Source of the DNA: Pristiophorus japonicus
Lineage: Eukaryota
Direction of reading: 5' to 3'
Assembly: GCF_044704955.1 (NCBI RefSeq)
Contig: NC_091989.1
Location: 104,842,001-104,906,000 of the forward strand
Length of the DNA stretch: 64,000 nucleotides
Numbering within the stretch: the first letter of the stretch is position 1; every line of letters starts with the position of its first letter. The notes under the pieces were generated by a model, which searched no databases, was not told the origin of the DNA, and saw only the letters and a program-made list of their open reading frames with translations. The translations under genes were made by a program, and so were the position numbers. This document shows positions 27,575-40,400 of the stretch, piece by piece.

Positions 27575-28580
27575 TTTTATTCATTCCTGGGATGTGGGTA
27601 TCGCTGTAAAGGCCAACATTTATTGCCCATACTTAATTGCCCTTGAGAAGCTGATGGTGAGCTGCCATCTTGAACAGCTGCAGTCCTTGTGGGGAAGGTA
27701 CTCACAAAGTGCTGTTAAAGAGGGAGTTCCAGGATTTTGACCCAGCGACGATGAAGGAACGGTGATATATTTCCAACTCCGGATGGTGTGCAACTTATAG
27801 TGGAACATGCAGGTGATGGTGTTCCCATGTGCCTGTTGCCTTTGTCCTTCTAAGTGGCTGAGGTTGTAGATTTTGGAGGTGCTGCCAAAGAAGTCTTGGC
27901 AAGTTATTGCAGTGCATCTTGTAGATGGTACACAGCGCAGCCACGGTGAGCCAGTAGTGGAGGGAATTAATGTTTAAGGTGGTGGATGGGGTGCCAATCA
28001 AGCAGACTATTTTGTCCTGGATGGTGTCGGGTTTCTTGAGTGTTGTTGGAGCTGCATTCATCCGGACAAGTGGAGAGTATTCCATCACACTCCTGACTTG
28101 TGCCTTGTAGATAGTGGAAAGGCTTTGGGGAGTCAGGAAGTGAGATATATTCAACAGAGTACCCAGCATCTGACCTTCTCTTATAGCCACAGTATTTATG
28201 TGGCTGGTCCAGTTAAGTTTCTGGTCAATGGTGACCCCGAGGATGTTGATGGCGGAGGATTCAGCAATGATAATGTTGTTGAATGTTAAGGGCTGGTGAT
28301 TAGATGCTCGCTTGTGAGAGATCGTCATTGCATGTGTGGCGTGAATGTTACTTACCACTTATCAGCCCAAGCCTGAGTGTCATCCAGGTCTTGTTGCATT
28401 TGGACATGGACTTCTTCATTATCTGAAGAGTTGGGAATGGAACTGAACACTGCGCAATCATCAGCAAACATCCCCATTTCTTACATTAAGATGGAGGGAA
28501 GGTCATTGATGAGGCATCTGAAGATGATTGGGCCTAGGACACTGCCCTGAGGAACTCCTGCAGTGATGTCTGAAAACTGT
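27575..28580 (-). mobile_element. CR1-group/L2-related LINE 3' part, a family distinct from the main CR1s
   Basis: ORF 27795..28358: ILGVTIDQKLNWTSHI...IYKAQVRSVMEYS. Confidence 0.8.
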
Positions 28581-29402
28581 AGTTAGAAGTTACTTGTATC
28601 GATGATCTTTTTGTTGAATCAGTGGTATTCTTGGTGTTTCTCATTACAATCGATACTGTAGAAGCATCATGGAAGTAATTTTTATTTAAACATTATTTAC
28701 CCTGAAATACTTCTATTCTTTTGTGTTCTTTCTTTGATTTATAAATTATATTATTCACCTCACTATAAATCAAAAAGTCAAATATTTTATTCTGGGCTTG
28801 CTGATATTAAGAAACTCAACTAAGGTAAATGCAGTCATGTTTGAAAACACTGGGCAAATGTCATGTGATCAAATGTCACTTACATGGATCTAAGTAACAG
28901 ATCAGCCATGATCTCATTGAATGGTGGAACAGGCTTGAGGGCTAAATGGCCTGCTCCTGTTCCTATATTCCTATGTGATTAAGCATTACATGAGCGATGT
29001 CACATGATTGAATCTCCAGGAATACATTGAAATAGAGTTGGCAACCCTACTGTGACTGCTATCTTTTTCTATAAGATGCTGTGGGGTTATTAATGTGCTT
29101 CCAATATTTTATATTCAATTTAATGTTTCTAGCATTCAGCACTTTTATCTTCATTAATCCAAATTTTCTGTCGTATGAGATATAAATTATTTATCTTGGG
29201 CCATTTGGTGTGCTGTTACTGTTTAGAAACCCACAGTGAGCTTTTTTAATGGAAAATGTAATTTATTCTTCTCCCTCAGAATTTCAATAGCAGTCACGGG
29301 AAACATCAGAAACAATTGCACCACTCACTGCTCATGTGGTAACTCTCGTGAAATCTTTTGGAAGTTATTTATTGGAAATCCTTGGATGAAAGATTTGTTA
29401 TT

Positions 29403-30327
29403 TCATAGAATCATAGAAATTTACAGCACGGAAGGTGGTCATTTCAGGCCAGCGAGTCCGCACCGGCTGACAAAGAGCTATCTCGCCTAATCACACTATC
29501 CAGCTCTTGGCCCGTAGCCCTGTAGGTTACGGCACTTTAAGTGCACAGCCAAGTATTTTTTTTAATGTGGTGAGGGTTTCTGCCTCTACCACCTTTCAGC
29601 CAGTGAGTTCCAGACCCCCACTACCTTCTGGGTGAAGAAATTTCCCCTCATATCTCCTCTAAACTTCCCCCCAATTACTTTAAATCTATGTCCCTTAGTT
29701 GTTGACCCCTCTGCCAAGGCAAACAAGTCCTTCCTATCCACTCTATCCAGGCCCCTCATAATTTTATACACCTCAATAAGGTCTCCCCTCAGCCTTCTCT
29801 GTTCCAAAGAAAATAGATCCATCATCTCCAATCTTTCCTCATAGCCAAAATTCTCCAGTCCCAGCAACATTCTTGTAAATCTCCTCTACGCCCACCCACT
29901 GCAATTACAACTTTCCTGTTATGTGGTGACCAGAACTGCACATGGTACTCCAGCTGTGGCCTATTCAGTGTTTTATACAGTTCAAGCAGAACCTCCTTGC
30001 TCTTGTATTCCATGCCTCGACTAATAAAGGCAAGTATTCCATATGCCTTCTTAACACCTTACCTACCTGGCCTGTTAACTTTAGGGATCTGTGGACCGGC
30101 ACTCCAAGGTCCCTTTGTTCTTCTACACCTTTCAGTGTCGTACCATTTAATGTGTATTCCCTTGCCTTATTAGACCTCCCCAAATGCATTACCTCACACT
30201 TGTCCAGATTGAATTCCATTTGCCACTGTTCCATCCACCTGATCAGTACATTGATATCTTCCTGCACTCCACAGCTTTCTTCTTCATTATCAACCGCACA
30301 GCCTATTTTAGTGTCATCTGCAAACTT
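29403..30327 (-). mobile_element. CR1 3' fragment
   Basis: KFADDTKIG in ORF 29965..30348; catagaatcatagaa tail. Confidence 0.88.
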
Positions 30328-30506
30328 CAGGCACGAAGAACTAGCCAATTACTGGGCTTCAATAAGGGAGGACAGTTGAGGTGGACAATGATTCTTCATC
30401 AATCAAGCTGCTACCACAAATTCGCTCCTTCAGAACAGGGTGGAGGAAATACGAATACTATCTGTTTTATTACACTATTATATAGCTCACAGTAAATAAA
30501 TGGATT

Positions 30507-31030
30507 GAGCTAGAAATTGGTCTTTTGGCGATAGCGGTATTTTGTTGGCATTTTTCTCCCCAAAAAACGTTAAAAAATACAGCTTTTTTTAAAGGCATAA
30601 AATTGGGGGGAAAATGCGCCGGACGGCAAAAATCGGCATTGCACGAGGATTCGCGGTGGAAACCACAGTCCTCACCAGCTTTAGTCCGAGGCCGATTACC
30701 GCTAAAAAGACAGGCCCTGGGAGGGGAAAAACACAAAAAAAAGTAAAAAAATAAAAAAAATAAACAATCACAAAACATTCACAAGGCACTTATCTAGCGA
30801 ATCGCAGTTAAAATTAAAAAATAAAAACTTTAACTTACCTTTTTTGCATATCTTCATACTTACCGCTGTTTCAGGGGCTACAATTGCAGGCTATACTCCG
30901 GCGTTTTTTTTGCACCCAGAATACTAGTGCGCCGAACGGCCAATTTAAAGCGATATCGCTTTTTTTCGTCTTGCACGACGGCGGTCCTCTCGCTTTTCAG
31001 CGGTATTTCAAAACCGCTGAAACCAAGACT
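30507..31030. mobile_element. Non-autonomous Harbinger-like MITE remnant just upstream of the receptor promoter
   Basis: Starts gagctagaaattgg (similar to the Harbinger TIRs); CpG-rich subterminal motifs resemble 20900-21430 and 57267-58060. Confidence 0.5.
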
Positions 31031-31249
31031 GAATTGCCTCCTCACACTGTCCACTCATCTGCATGAAGGGTCCCTTTCATGAGGTGTTGGAGGACTGTCC
31101 GCGCCTGCGGCCTGAATCCTTATTTTCAGGATTAAGAGGGGCAAAGGAAAATGTTGATGAAGAAGATTATTGGAATGAAGTGCACGCTGGGAAAGCATTA
31201 CTTCTCAGGTGGAAACTTTTCAGCCGTGAGTTCAGAGGGGGCCTGGCTC

Positions 31250-31409
31250 CTACTTCCCACGCGAGAAGTATAACCGGAACCCAATACGCTCCTTTAGTCA
31301 TGTGATATCTCATGTCAGCGTCACACGTTTCATATATTTATCTATAAAATCCATGTCTCAGGACACCATTCACATTTGCAACAAGTGGTTAACTAACTTT
31401 ATTTGCACC
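31250..31409 (+). promoter_or_regulatory. Putative core promoter and 5' UTR of the Ig-superfamily receptor
   Basis: TATAAAA at 31343-31349, about 60 nt before an ACCATG start; ETS-like cores (acttcc about 31252, ccggaa about 31274), CGTCA half-site about 31319, two ATTTGCA near-octamers (31374, 31401). Confidence 0.45.
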
Positions 31410-31464
31410 ATGTCGGTGAGAGCAACAGTTCAGTGCATGGCTCTTCTGGGCATCCTTTGGCCAG
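31410..31464 (+). CDS. Exon 1: signal peptide MSVRATVQCMALLGILWP
   Basis: ACCATG start, hydrophobic core, CAG|gtacct phase-1 donor. Confidence 0.8.
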
Positions 31465-34400
31465 GTACCTCGAGTTGTTATATGTTTCAGTTCTGAACGG
31501 CAAACTCTATTTTAGAAGATTCTACAACTGTTGTCTTTTGTAAAGTTACTGTGCTTTTCCAATTTGATTGCTGGTGTTTCTTAACTATTCTTGTATTTGA
31601 CGTCTCTTAATTATTTTTCTTTATCTGATGTGTGCAACTGTTATCGCCATTCTTGTTAATTTTCCGATAGCCGTTGAAGTAAATTCGAGCAAAGTGGACC
31701 AATTCCCTGAACACATGGAGGTTGCCAGGGGCACAAATGTTTCCATGTTCTGCACATTTTCCATATTTCAAGATGCCCCCGATGTTTATTGGTGGAGACG
31801 CGGCGACCAGACGTTTCTGCAGCCAGACAGCAGAAAGCAATTTAATGTTAAAAAGGGCAGAGGGTCATTTGATGTCCTCAATGCGAGTGTCGCAGACTCT
31901 GGAATGTATTACTGTACAGTAAAACATAATCAAACCGATGTTGGAGATGGAAGTGGCTCCCGGCTTACTGTGTTCGGTAAGTGCCATTGTGCCGGGGAGT
32001 GGGAGATTCTCAGCAGTGTGCGGTATATGTAAACCTTAATTGTGGGGGTCATTTGAACTTTTATCACTGGACGAAAACCTGGTGATAGCAAATTCGTTTT
32101 ACACTTCTCCCGATTTTCTTTTGCATTGACCCCGGTGTACTCCGGCCCGCCGATTCGCTATCGACCATTTTGCGCTACTGCCCAAGATCAATTTCACCCC
32201 TTCATTGTCCGCATGCAATTCCAAAGGGTTTTATATTCAATGAGTTATTTGGAAATGCAGTTACAGTTGTTATGGAGGTAAGATACTGAAAGAGTATACT
32301 TGTTTAAATCTTGGCTTAAAATGATTAACTTGGATTAGGTGGCCAGATTTCTTATCACCAAAATATCGGTGCCGAGTAGCGACATTGGAAACAATGTTAA
32401 CACCTCTTAGGTCAAGTCTTTTATATAATATTAAAGGTCATCTGCCCCACCCAATGTCTTGCTACAAACCTGTTTATTTCACACATCAGGTAACCTTTTG
32501 AAATTGCCAATCTAATATTTTATATTCTGAATTGCCCAAAATATGGAATTCCCTCTCCCAGAAGGCTGTGGATGGAGAAACAATTGAAGCTTTCAGTATG
32601 AAGATGGATAGATTTCATTAGGCACGGGTATCAAGGGATATAGAGTTAAGTGGGATAAACGAATTTGAGATACAGATCAACCATGATCTAATTGAATGGC
32701 CTGTTCCTATGTCCGCAGTTTAAGCTATGCACTTGCTTCCATTGAGAACTTATTTGAAACTGCCAAACTAATTTCACAAAGGAATCTTACAACCCATTGA
32801 GAGGGGCTATGTTGTTCTTACCCTCATTACTGGATTGGAACCCAAGTCCTAGAGCTGATGGGGCAATGTAGGAACCCAATGACTGCTTGAAACTCGGTCT
32901 TATGCCAATTGAACTTTTTTATACACTCACAACCGGGCAGGATATCACTGAACATTTCTCTAAACGCATGGGCTCCCGTATTTGTACTTGATGGTTTCCA
33001 TTTACACTCCCCCTCAACCCGAGACTGCAATTACGGCAGGAGATCAGAGAACACCGAAGCCGCCACCTCCACGGAAATTCTGCCGCATTACATATTAGAT
33101 ATAAACAGATCCATGGGGAAGGAATGGAGGAATTCTAATCTTAGGTTGGGCAGTCAACACGGTGCTGCTGGGAATAAAGGACAAAATAATTTTCCAAGTT
33201 AATAATGCCCTGATTTAATAAATTGCTATTGCTACAAAGTCGGACAAGTAAAAATGTAAGGAAAAATGTTAAGGAGATTGCTTATAATAAACCGGCAAAA
33301 CAATGCAAACCTAACGAGGGACTCTATTTCCAGCTAAAGAGTATCTGTAGCTTCAGCGGACAGAGGGTCACCTTAGTAACAGACGATTGTAGGACTGATA
33401 TAAGCAGAATCTTCTTCAGGCGAAATGTGTTCAACAGAGCGAATAGACTTGGGGAAGGGCAAAAACCCTGGAATTATATAAGACATGCATTCTGAGTTAG
33501 GATTTCCTATTGGGTTCCCCCCATCTGTATGGATGTTGTGATCTACACAGAGATACACAATTATCTATCTCACCCTTTCGTGACGTGATATCTATTCCAG
33601 CCCTCGGTTCGCGCTCTGGAGAAAGTACATTAAGGAAAGCTGCATGATCTGAAATCTCCCCCACACAAACTGAAATGCTGAATTAGCAACTGGAATGCGC
33701 GAATTCTAATCTATAGATTAGCAGCATCCAGTCTGCCGTCTGTGTAGACGACGGAGATATTTCAATATATTATGTACATCACCTCAATATTCACCGATAA
33801 TTTTAGATCATACATCGAAATATCTCTGTCTACACGGAATGTTGTGCAATATATGAAATATCCGAAAAAGGACCAATTTTGAAATTATCACACAAAATGT
33901 TTAACACCGTAAACATTATTAATGAATAATTGGGCCGTTCCCACTGTTCGTGTAGACTGCGCTCTCTCCGATATATTCGGACAGGAACCTCCCTCGGAGT
34001 CACAATCGCACGCCAGGATCTGATACTTCCATTGAGAACAGTGATGCGAGCCTCCCTGTATGTTACCGATCCTGGGACATTGACCCTGTTTGCGTACCGT
34101 TTCCAATACCCATCATTTCGCTCTGCAGTGCAATCTATAAAATAAATGCAAACAAGTTTAAAAAACGATAGCGCGGATAACTATTGTTAACTATACGGTA
34201 ACCGCATAAGGAGGGTAGGTAAATGAGAATGTCTTCCTTTAAATTGAAATAAAATGATCAATGTAATTTTTTTTCTCTGTTAAAGTTCCCCCAACCCCCC
34301 TAAAAATCGTTGCTGTCGAAGGGATTTCAGCGACTTCTCTGAAACTCGAGTGTAAAACGGCTGGCTTTTACCCGGAGCATTTAGAAATCTCCTGGCGAAG

Positions 34401-37400
34401 AGATGGTGTCGCAAATCTGACCGGAATAGCAACAGGAATACGAAACAGGAGTGCGGAGGAACTGTATGAGGTTTCCAGCTGGTTGGAAGTAGCACAGCCT
34501 GCCCACAGCGGAGTTGTTTATACATGTCTGGTATCTCATGTCTCTCTTCGGGTGCCCGCCAATGTCAGCTACACTGTACAGCAAGGTAAGATTAGAACAT
34601 TTACAGCGGGGAACTGCTCCAACCTGTATTTACTAATTAACAAGTAGCTGGGCAGCTGTTCAAACCCAATGATATTGGGTAACTGTGAATTGTATTTACT
34701 GTTAATGTCACATCAATGGGAATGAAATAAAAATATTCAAAACATGGAGTGAAGGAGGGAGACTGTCTCCATGGAAGATATTTGATAGGGTGTTCAAAAT
34801 CATGAGGAGTTAGAGAGTAGATAGAGCGAATCTGTTCCCACTGGCAGAAGGTTTGACAACCAGAGGACAATGATTTAAAATGATTGGCAGAAGAACCAAA
34901 GATGACATAAGCAAAAACAGTTTTACACAATGAGTGGTTAGGATCTGGAATACACTGCCTGAAAGGGTGGTGGAGGTAAACTCAATTGAGGCTTTCAAAA
35001 AGGATCTGGCTAAGTACCTGAAGAAAAAAAATGCAGGACCCGCAGGACCATGGGAAAAGGGCGAGGGAGTGAGACTAGCTTGTTTTTTCTTCTTTCGCAT
35101 GGTAGTAGCAAGGCAAATCAGATATCAAAGTCAGATATCCAGGCCAAAGCTCCCGGTGTATCTGCAAATTTCCTTTGAGGTCAGTGCTCAATGATGTACC
35201 CCAGGGTCTGATTAGGAGCTCCATAGTTGCTGATGGGGATGCTTTAATCTTCCACCTATGGAGAAGGTGGCAGCATCTACATGACAGGTTCTGAGGTGGT
35301 AATTGCTTGTTACTGTTAGCAAGGAAGGTTTGATCCTTCAGGTCGTACTGTGAGGTCCTTATAAGGACCATGTCACAGTTCTTCCAAGCACTTTGCCATC
35401 GGTCATCAAGGCTAAGGGGAGATTGCTGAAGGGCTTCAGCTATGGCCCAAAATGGCCTTCCAGATTTGAAATTGTTTGGTGGTATTTTCTACAAATCAGC
35501 CTGGATCAGTATGTCTTTGCTGGTGTACCAGTTATAGTCTCTGGAGACTGCGTAATCGCACTGCAGGTGTGGTGATGTGATGTTTGCAAGCACTGGCAGC
35601 CAAGTTGTTGGTGTGGATGGAAACATAGTGGGACAAGCTGAAGTGCTCCTGCAGAGAGCTGGCATGGACTCAATGGGCTGAATGGCCTCCTTCTGTGCTG
35701 TAACCATTCTATATTTCTATGGAGAAATCCGCAACAGGAGATTGATGTGCGAACTGCTCAAAAGCAGAAAGATTATTCCTCCTCAAATGAAATGAAATAA
35801 TGCAACAAATTGATCCATTCTACAAGATTCGCTTGTACATCCTGTGTATTTAAATGTAATATATGGAACTGTCGATGGGTAGATGCTCTCTGGAGTGTAT
35901 AAGGTGAGAGGTGATCTCATTGAAACATATAACCTTCTTAGAGAACTTGTTGAGGAAGATGCTGAGAGGTTGTTTCCCCTGGCTGCAGAGCCTGAAACTA
36001 GGGGGCACAGTTTCAGGATAACAGGTCGGCCGAGATGAAAAGGAATATTTTCATTCAGAGGTTTGTGAACCTTTGAAATTCTCTGCCCCAAAGGGATGTG
36101 GATGCTGAGTAATTGAGTATAATCAAGGCTGTGATCGATAGATTTGCGAACTTTAAGGTAATAACGCGATCTAGTGATTGGGTGGGCAAGTGGAGTTGAG
36201 GTCGAAAATCAGCCACGATCTTATTGAAGGCTCGAGGGTTCGTATGGCCTACTACTGCCCTAATTTGTATGTACTTATTATGTTCATCTGTTCTCATCGC
36301 ATCGTGCCTTCAGCTGTCTAGACTGTAAACTTTGGAATTCCCGCTCTAAACCTCTTCTCTTCTGTACCTCGCTCTCCTTCTTTAAGACGTTCCAATCCCC
36401 TACTTCATCCTGTCCTAATTGTGACTCGGTCTCAAATTTTCGATAATGCTCCTGTGAATTGACTTGGGACGTTTTAATATGTTAACGGCGCTATGTAAAT
36501 GCTAGTCGTTCTTGTTGCCTATCAAAAGTTGCAATAGGTTCCCTCCAGTAAGGCTGGTCAGGGATGGCAGCACTGGAGAATGGACGACTTGATCAATTTT
36601 TGTAGTCGGTGCCCATCAATCAGATGTTGCACGGCTAGGTAAAACATGAAACTCTCTTTACTCTTAATTAGCAACCCTCGTGTGCAGAGAGAAACTTCCT
36701 GGGCCTTTATGTAATGAGATTTGTTTTCTCGAAAAATTGCATCACTGACTTGCAGTTAACTTCGTTTGGTACACGTTATAATCCTTGCACATCTGCAGCC
36801 CATAGAAATAAAAGAGGTCGAGCCCCACTGACAGTAAGTGGGCGCCATCATCCCGAGAGGCACCTTTGGAACTCGCCCTCCTGGCCGGACCCATGATTCG
36901 CTGTGTATATCTCTCTCTATATTCTACCGTTTCTTATTTCAATTACCTGTTGATCCTGTAGGTCCTGGTGCCATTGTTCCGGTGATTTTTGGATCTGCAG
37001 GGGGCGCATTGGCAATTTTACTCTTAATTATAATTTTGACGAGACTCAGATTAAAGTCATCAGACGGTAAGAACCTTTCTTATTTAGCCGAAACCGTTTG
37101 TTTTCTGCGGTCCAGTTGTAGTGTTACAAAATCGAAAGGGCGGAAGAAAAGGGATTGATTGTAGAGGAATAAAGTGCACTTTACTGTCTATATCTTTAAA
37201 GAATGAAGCTAATACCACAAGAGCGTTATGTGGTTGGCGCTAGTTGAATATGACAACGTAAACCGAATCTTGAAATGCAAATATTCGAACAATTCACTCA
37301 AATCATACACTTCAATTTCGCAACACTCGGAATCCTCAATGTTCTGCAATATTTTAGCATCAGTCCGGGTCCAGATCTTGAAGAGTAAACACTTTGCGGT

Positions 37401-40400
37401 AGATGTTGACTTTTTGCGATAGTGTAAAACGGATGACAGCGAATTGGCAGCCTGCTTTACATCTCTCCCGATTTTTATTCCCATTGAAGTCACAGAGAGA
37501 GATGTAAATGAACTGCCGACTCACTATCACCCGTTGTACACTATCGCACAAAGTGTGGGGGTACTCCATCGGGTGCAGCGTCACTGCGGGGTCTGAGACG
37601 GTACTACACTGTAAGGACTGGTACTTCTAAACACCTTCAATCAGATCTTTACCGTCAGATCTCCTTATTTAACAAAGTAAAGTCAACCAACATCAACTCA
37701 TGTTGGCTTTGCCGGTACACAGATTAAGTTATTCAAGATGTTTTTTTTTCCTTTAGGCATTAAGAGAAATTCTGAGGAAGCGGGTCAGATTGAAGAACCG
37801 GTAGGACGACAATGTTCTTTATGTTCCTAAAAGAGGTGGCTGGGGGAAGAGCAACACAATATACATTCAGCCGAGATTACTTATATTTCATAGAATCATA
37901 AACTCTTACAACACAGAAGGAGGCCATCGTGCCTGTTCCGGCTCTTTGAAAGAGCTATCCAATTAGCACCCCCCCCCCCCCCCCCCACACCCCCTATTTA
38001 CCCATAGCCCTGCAATTGTTTTCGTCTCAATTCCCATTTTCTAAATTTTTACTGAATCTACTCCGTCATCCTTACAGTCAGTGCGTTCCAGATCAGAACA
38101 GCTGGCTGCATAAAAATACTCCTCATCTTCTCTCTGGTTCTTTTGCCAATTATCTTAAATCTGTGTCATTTGGATACCAACCAACCCACCAGTGGAAACA
38201 GTTTCTCCTTATTTACTGTATCAAAACCCATCAGAATTTTGAACACCTCTACTACATTGTCCCTTAACCATCTCTGCTCCAAGGAGAACAATCGCAGCTG
38301 TAAGATCCTCCAATAGGCTGGGCTGGCTGAGGAATAGGAAGGTGGCCCACACCCCACCATCAGGAGAGTAGAGAGATAGAGATAGTGAAAACCTTCAGAG
38401 GAGTAGAGAGATAGGGAAAATTGGGGATGGGAAGGGGGAAATGAGCAATGTATTCATAGGATATTTATTAGCTGTGCTCTAAATCATCCTGACTTTAAAC
38501 GTAGGTAAATAATTTGTGTGCTATGGGTTTCATAACACGCAATAATCCACACCTTATGGGTGAGATATTGGCTAAAGTCATTGTGAGTGCGGACAGAATG
38601 TATTCGTGCCCATACCTATCGGTTACTGTGTGCATATTTACACTTTCAGACTCAGTTCCAATTGATGGTAGCTGGCAGCTGTAAGGGATTCACCACTATC
38701 AGTATTCGATGTCTTATTCTTACAGGTTGTTGCCTACACTACTCTAAACTTGAGAGACAACAGAGGACCTCCCAAACGGAGACAGGAGAAAGAGCAGACC
38801 ATCTATTCCCAGGTAGAGCAGAGGGTCTGGCGCCAATAATATCCAAATCATTTCCATACAAAATCAACAGAGGCAATGTCAACAATCTGTATAGAAACGT
38901 GGTGGTAATTTTGACTTTGTGCAACAGTGTAATAATCATGGGCGATTTTAACTTTCATATTAATTGGACAAAGCAAATTGGCCAGGGCAGCCTTGAGGAA
39001 GATTTCATAGAGTGTTTCCTTGAACAGTACATTGCGGAACCAACCAGGGAGCAGGCTATTAATAGATCTGGTGCTGTGTAATAAGACAGGATTCATAAAT
39101 GATCTTGTAGTAAAGGATCCTCTGGGAATGAGTGACCATAACATGGTTGAATTTCAAATTCAGTTGGAGGGTGAGAAAGTTGGTTCTCAAACTAGGGTCC
39201 TTAGCTTAAATAAAGGGATAACCATACGTGGCTAACTGAAGAAATAAGGGAAGGGAAGGAAAATAATTGAAAACAAGGGCATACAATGTGGCCAAGATTC
39301 GTGGGAGGCCAGAGGATTGGGAAACTTTTAAAAGCCAGCAAAGAGCAACTAAAAAATGATAAAGAGAGGGATGATAGATTATGAAAGTAAACTATATGAA
39401 ACATAAAAACAGATAATAAGAGTTTCTACGTGTACATAAAAAAGAAAAGAGTGGCTAAAGTAAATGTTGGCCCCCTAGAGAATGAGACTGGGGAATTAAG
39501 AATCTTGGTAGTCTGCCGTATGCAACAAAGACGTTGATGTGCTAATCATCAATGGCATGTGGCTTCAAGTGGCTGTATAGGCCAATTCTGGATGCACATA
39601 GTCTCTTGCACGTCGGACAAGGGAAGTTCGATGTGTCTGATGCTGACAGTACCGCCACCTGATGCCGCCTATCTCTAGTGTCCCGCAGGCGTTGACATCG
39701 GCTTTCTTCGAAGGTCTGGCAGGCAGTCCTCGTGAGGGTTCACCGCTGGATTTTATTAGCTGCTGTATTCTCGAGGTCCTTTAGTCGGATGCCAGAGTAC
39801 TGGAGGTTAGCCTTGATGCAATCTTTGTAGCGCTTGCGGGGGCGCCCCTGGTGTCTTTGACCTTCACAGAGCTCGCTGTGAAGAAGCTGATGAGGGATCC
39901 TTAACTCATCCATGTGGATGACATGTCCAGCCCACCAGAACTGGGCTCGCATGATCAGCACCTCAATGCTAGTTGATTGTGCTCTCTCCAGAATCTCAAA
40001 GTTTGACACCCAGTCTTGCCAGCGAATGTGGAGTATAGATCTGAGACTGCGCATATGGAAAGCTTCCAACTTTTTGATGTGATGCCTGTAGGGTGCCCAG
40101 GTCTCACATCCATAAAGGAGAGATGAGAGAACGACTGCTCTATACACCAACAGTTTAGTTGACAGTCGGATGTTGTGGTGACAACACTTTAGTGCGCAAG
40201 CAACCAAGTGCCTGTCTGGCTTTACAGATCCTTGCATCAATTCCTTGTCCAAGGACCCATCACTTGATATGGTGCTGCCAAGGTACTTGAAGCTGTCCAC
40301 TGACTTTAGTTGTATACTGCCGATGAAGACTGTGGGAGCAGGTGCTGTGGTGCCAGGGGCAGGCTGATAGAGAACCTCGGTTTTACTAAGGCTGATGGTT

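Noticed and set aside
31628-32032. ORF-track 134-aa single-exon V protein
   Set aside because: Its N- and C-terminal ends are intron sequence; the real exon is 31671-31976, bounded by splice sites
31900-32050. Rearranging Ig/TCR V segment with RSS
   Set aside because: No CACAGTG heptamer or nonamer; V and J-like strand are in one exon, and the tail has ITIMs rather than a charged TM
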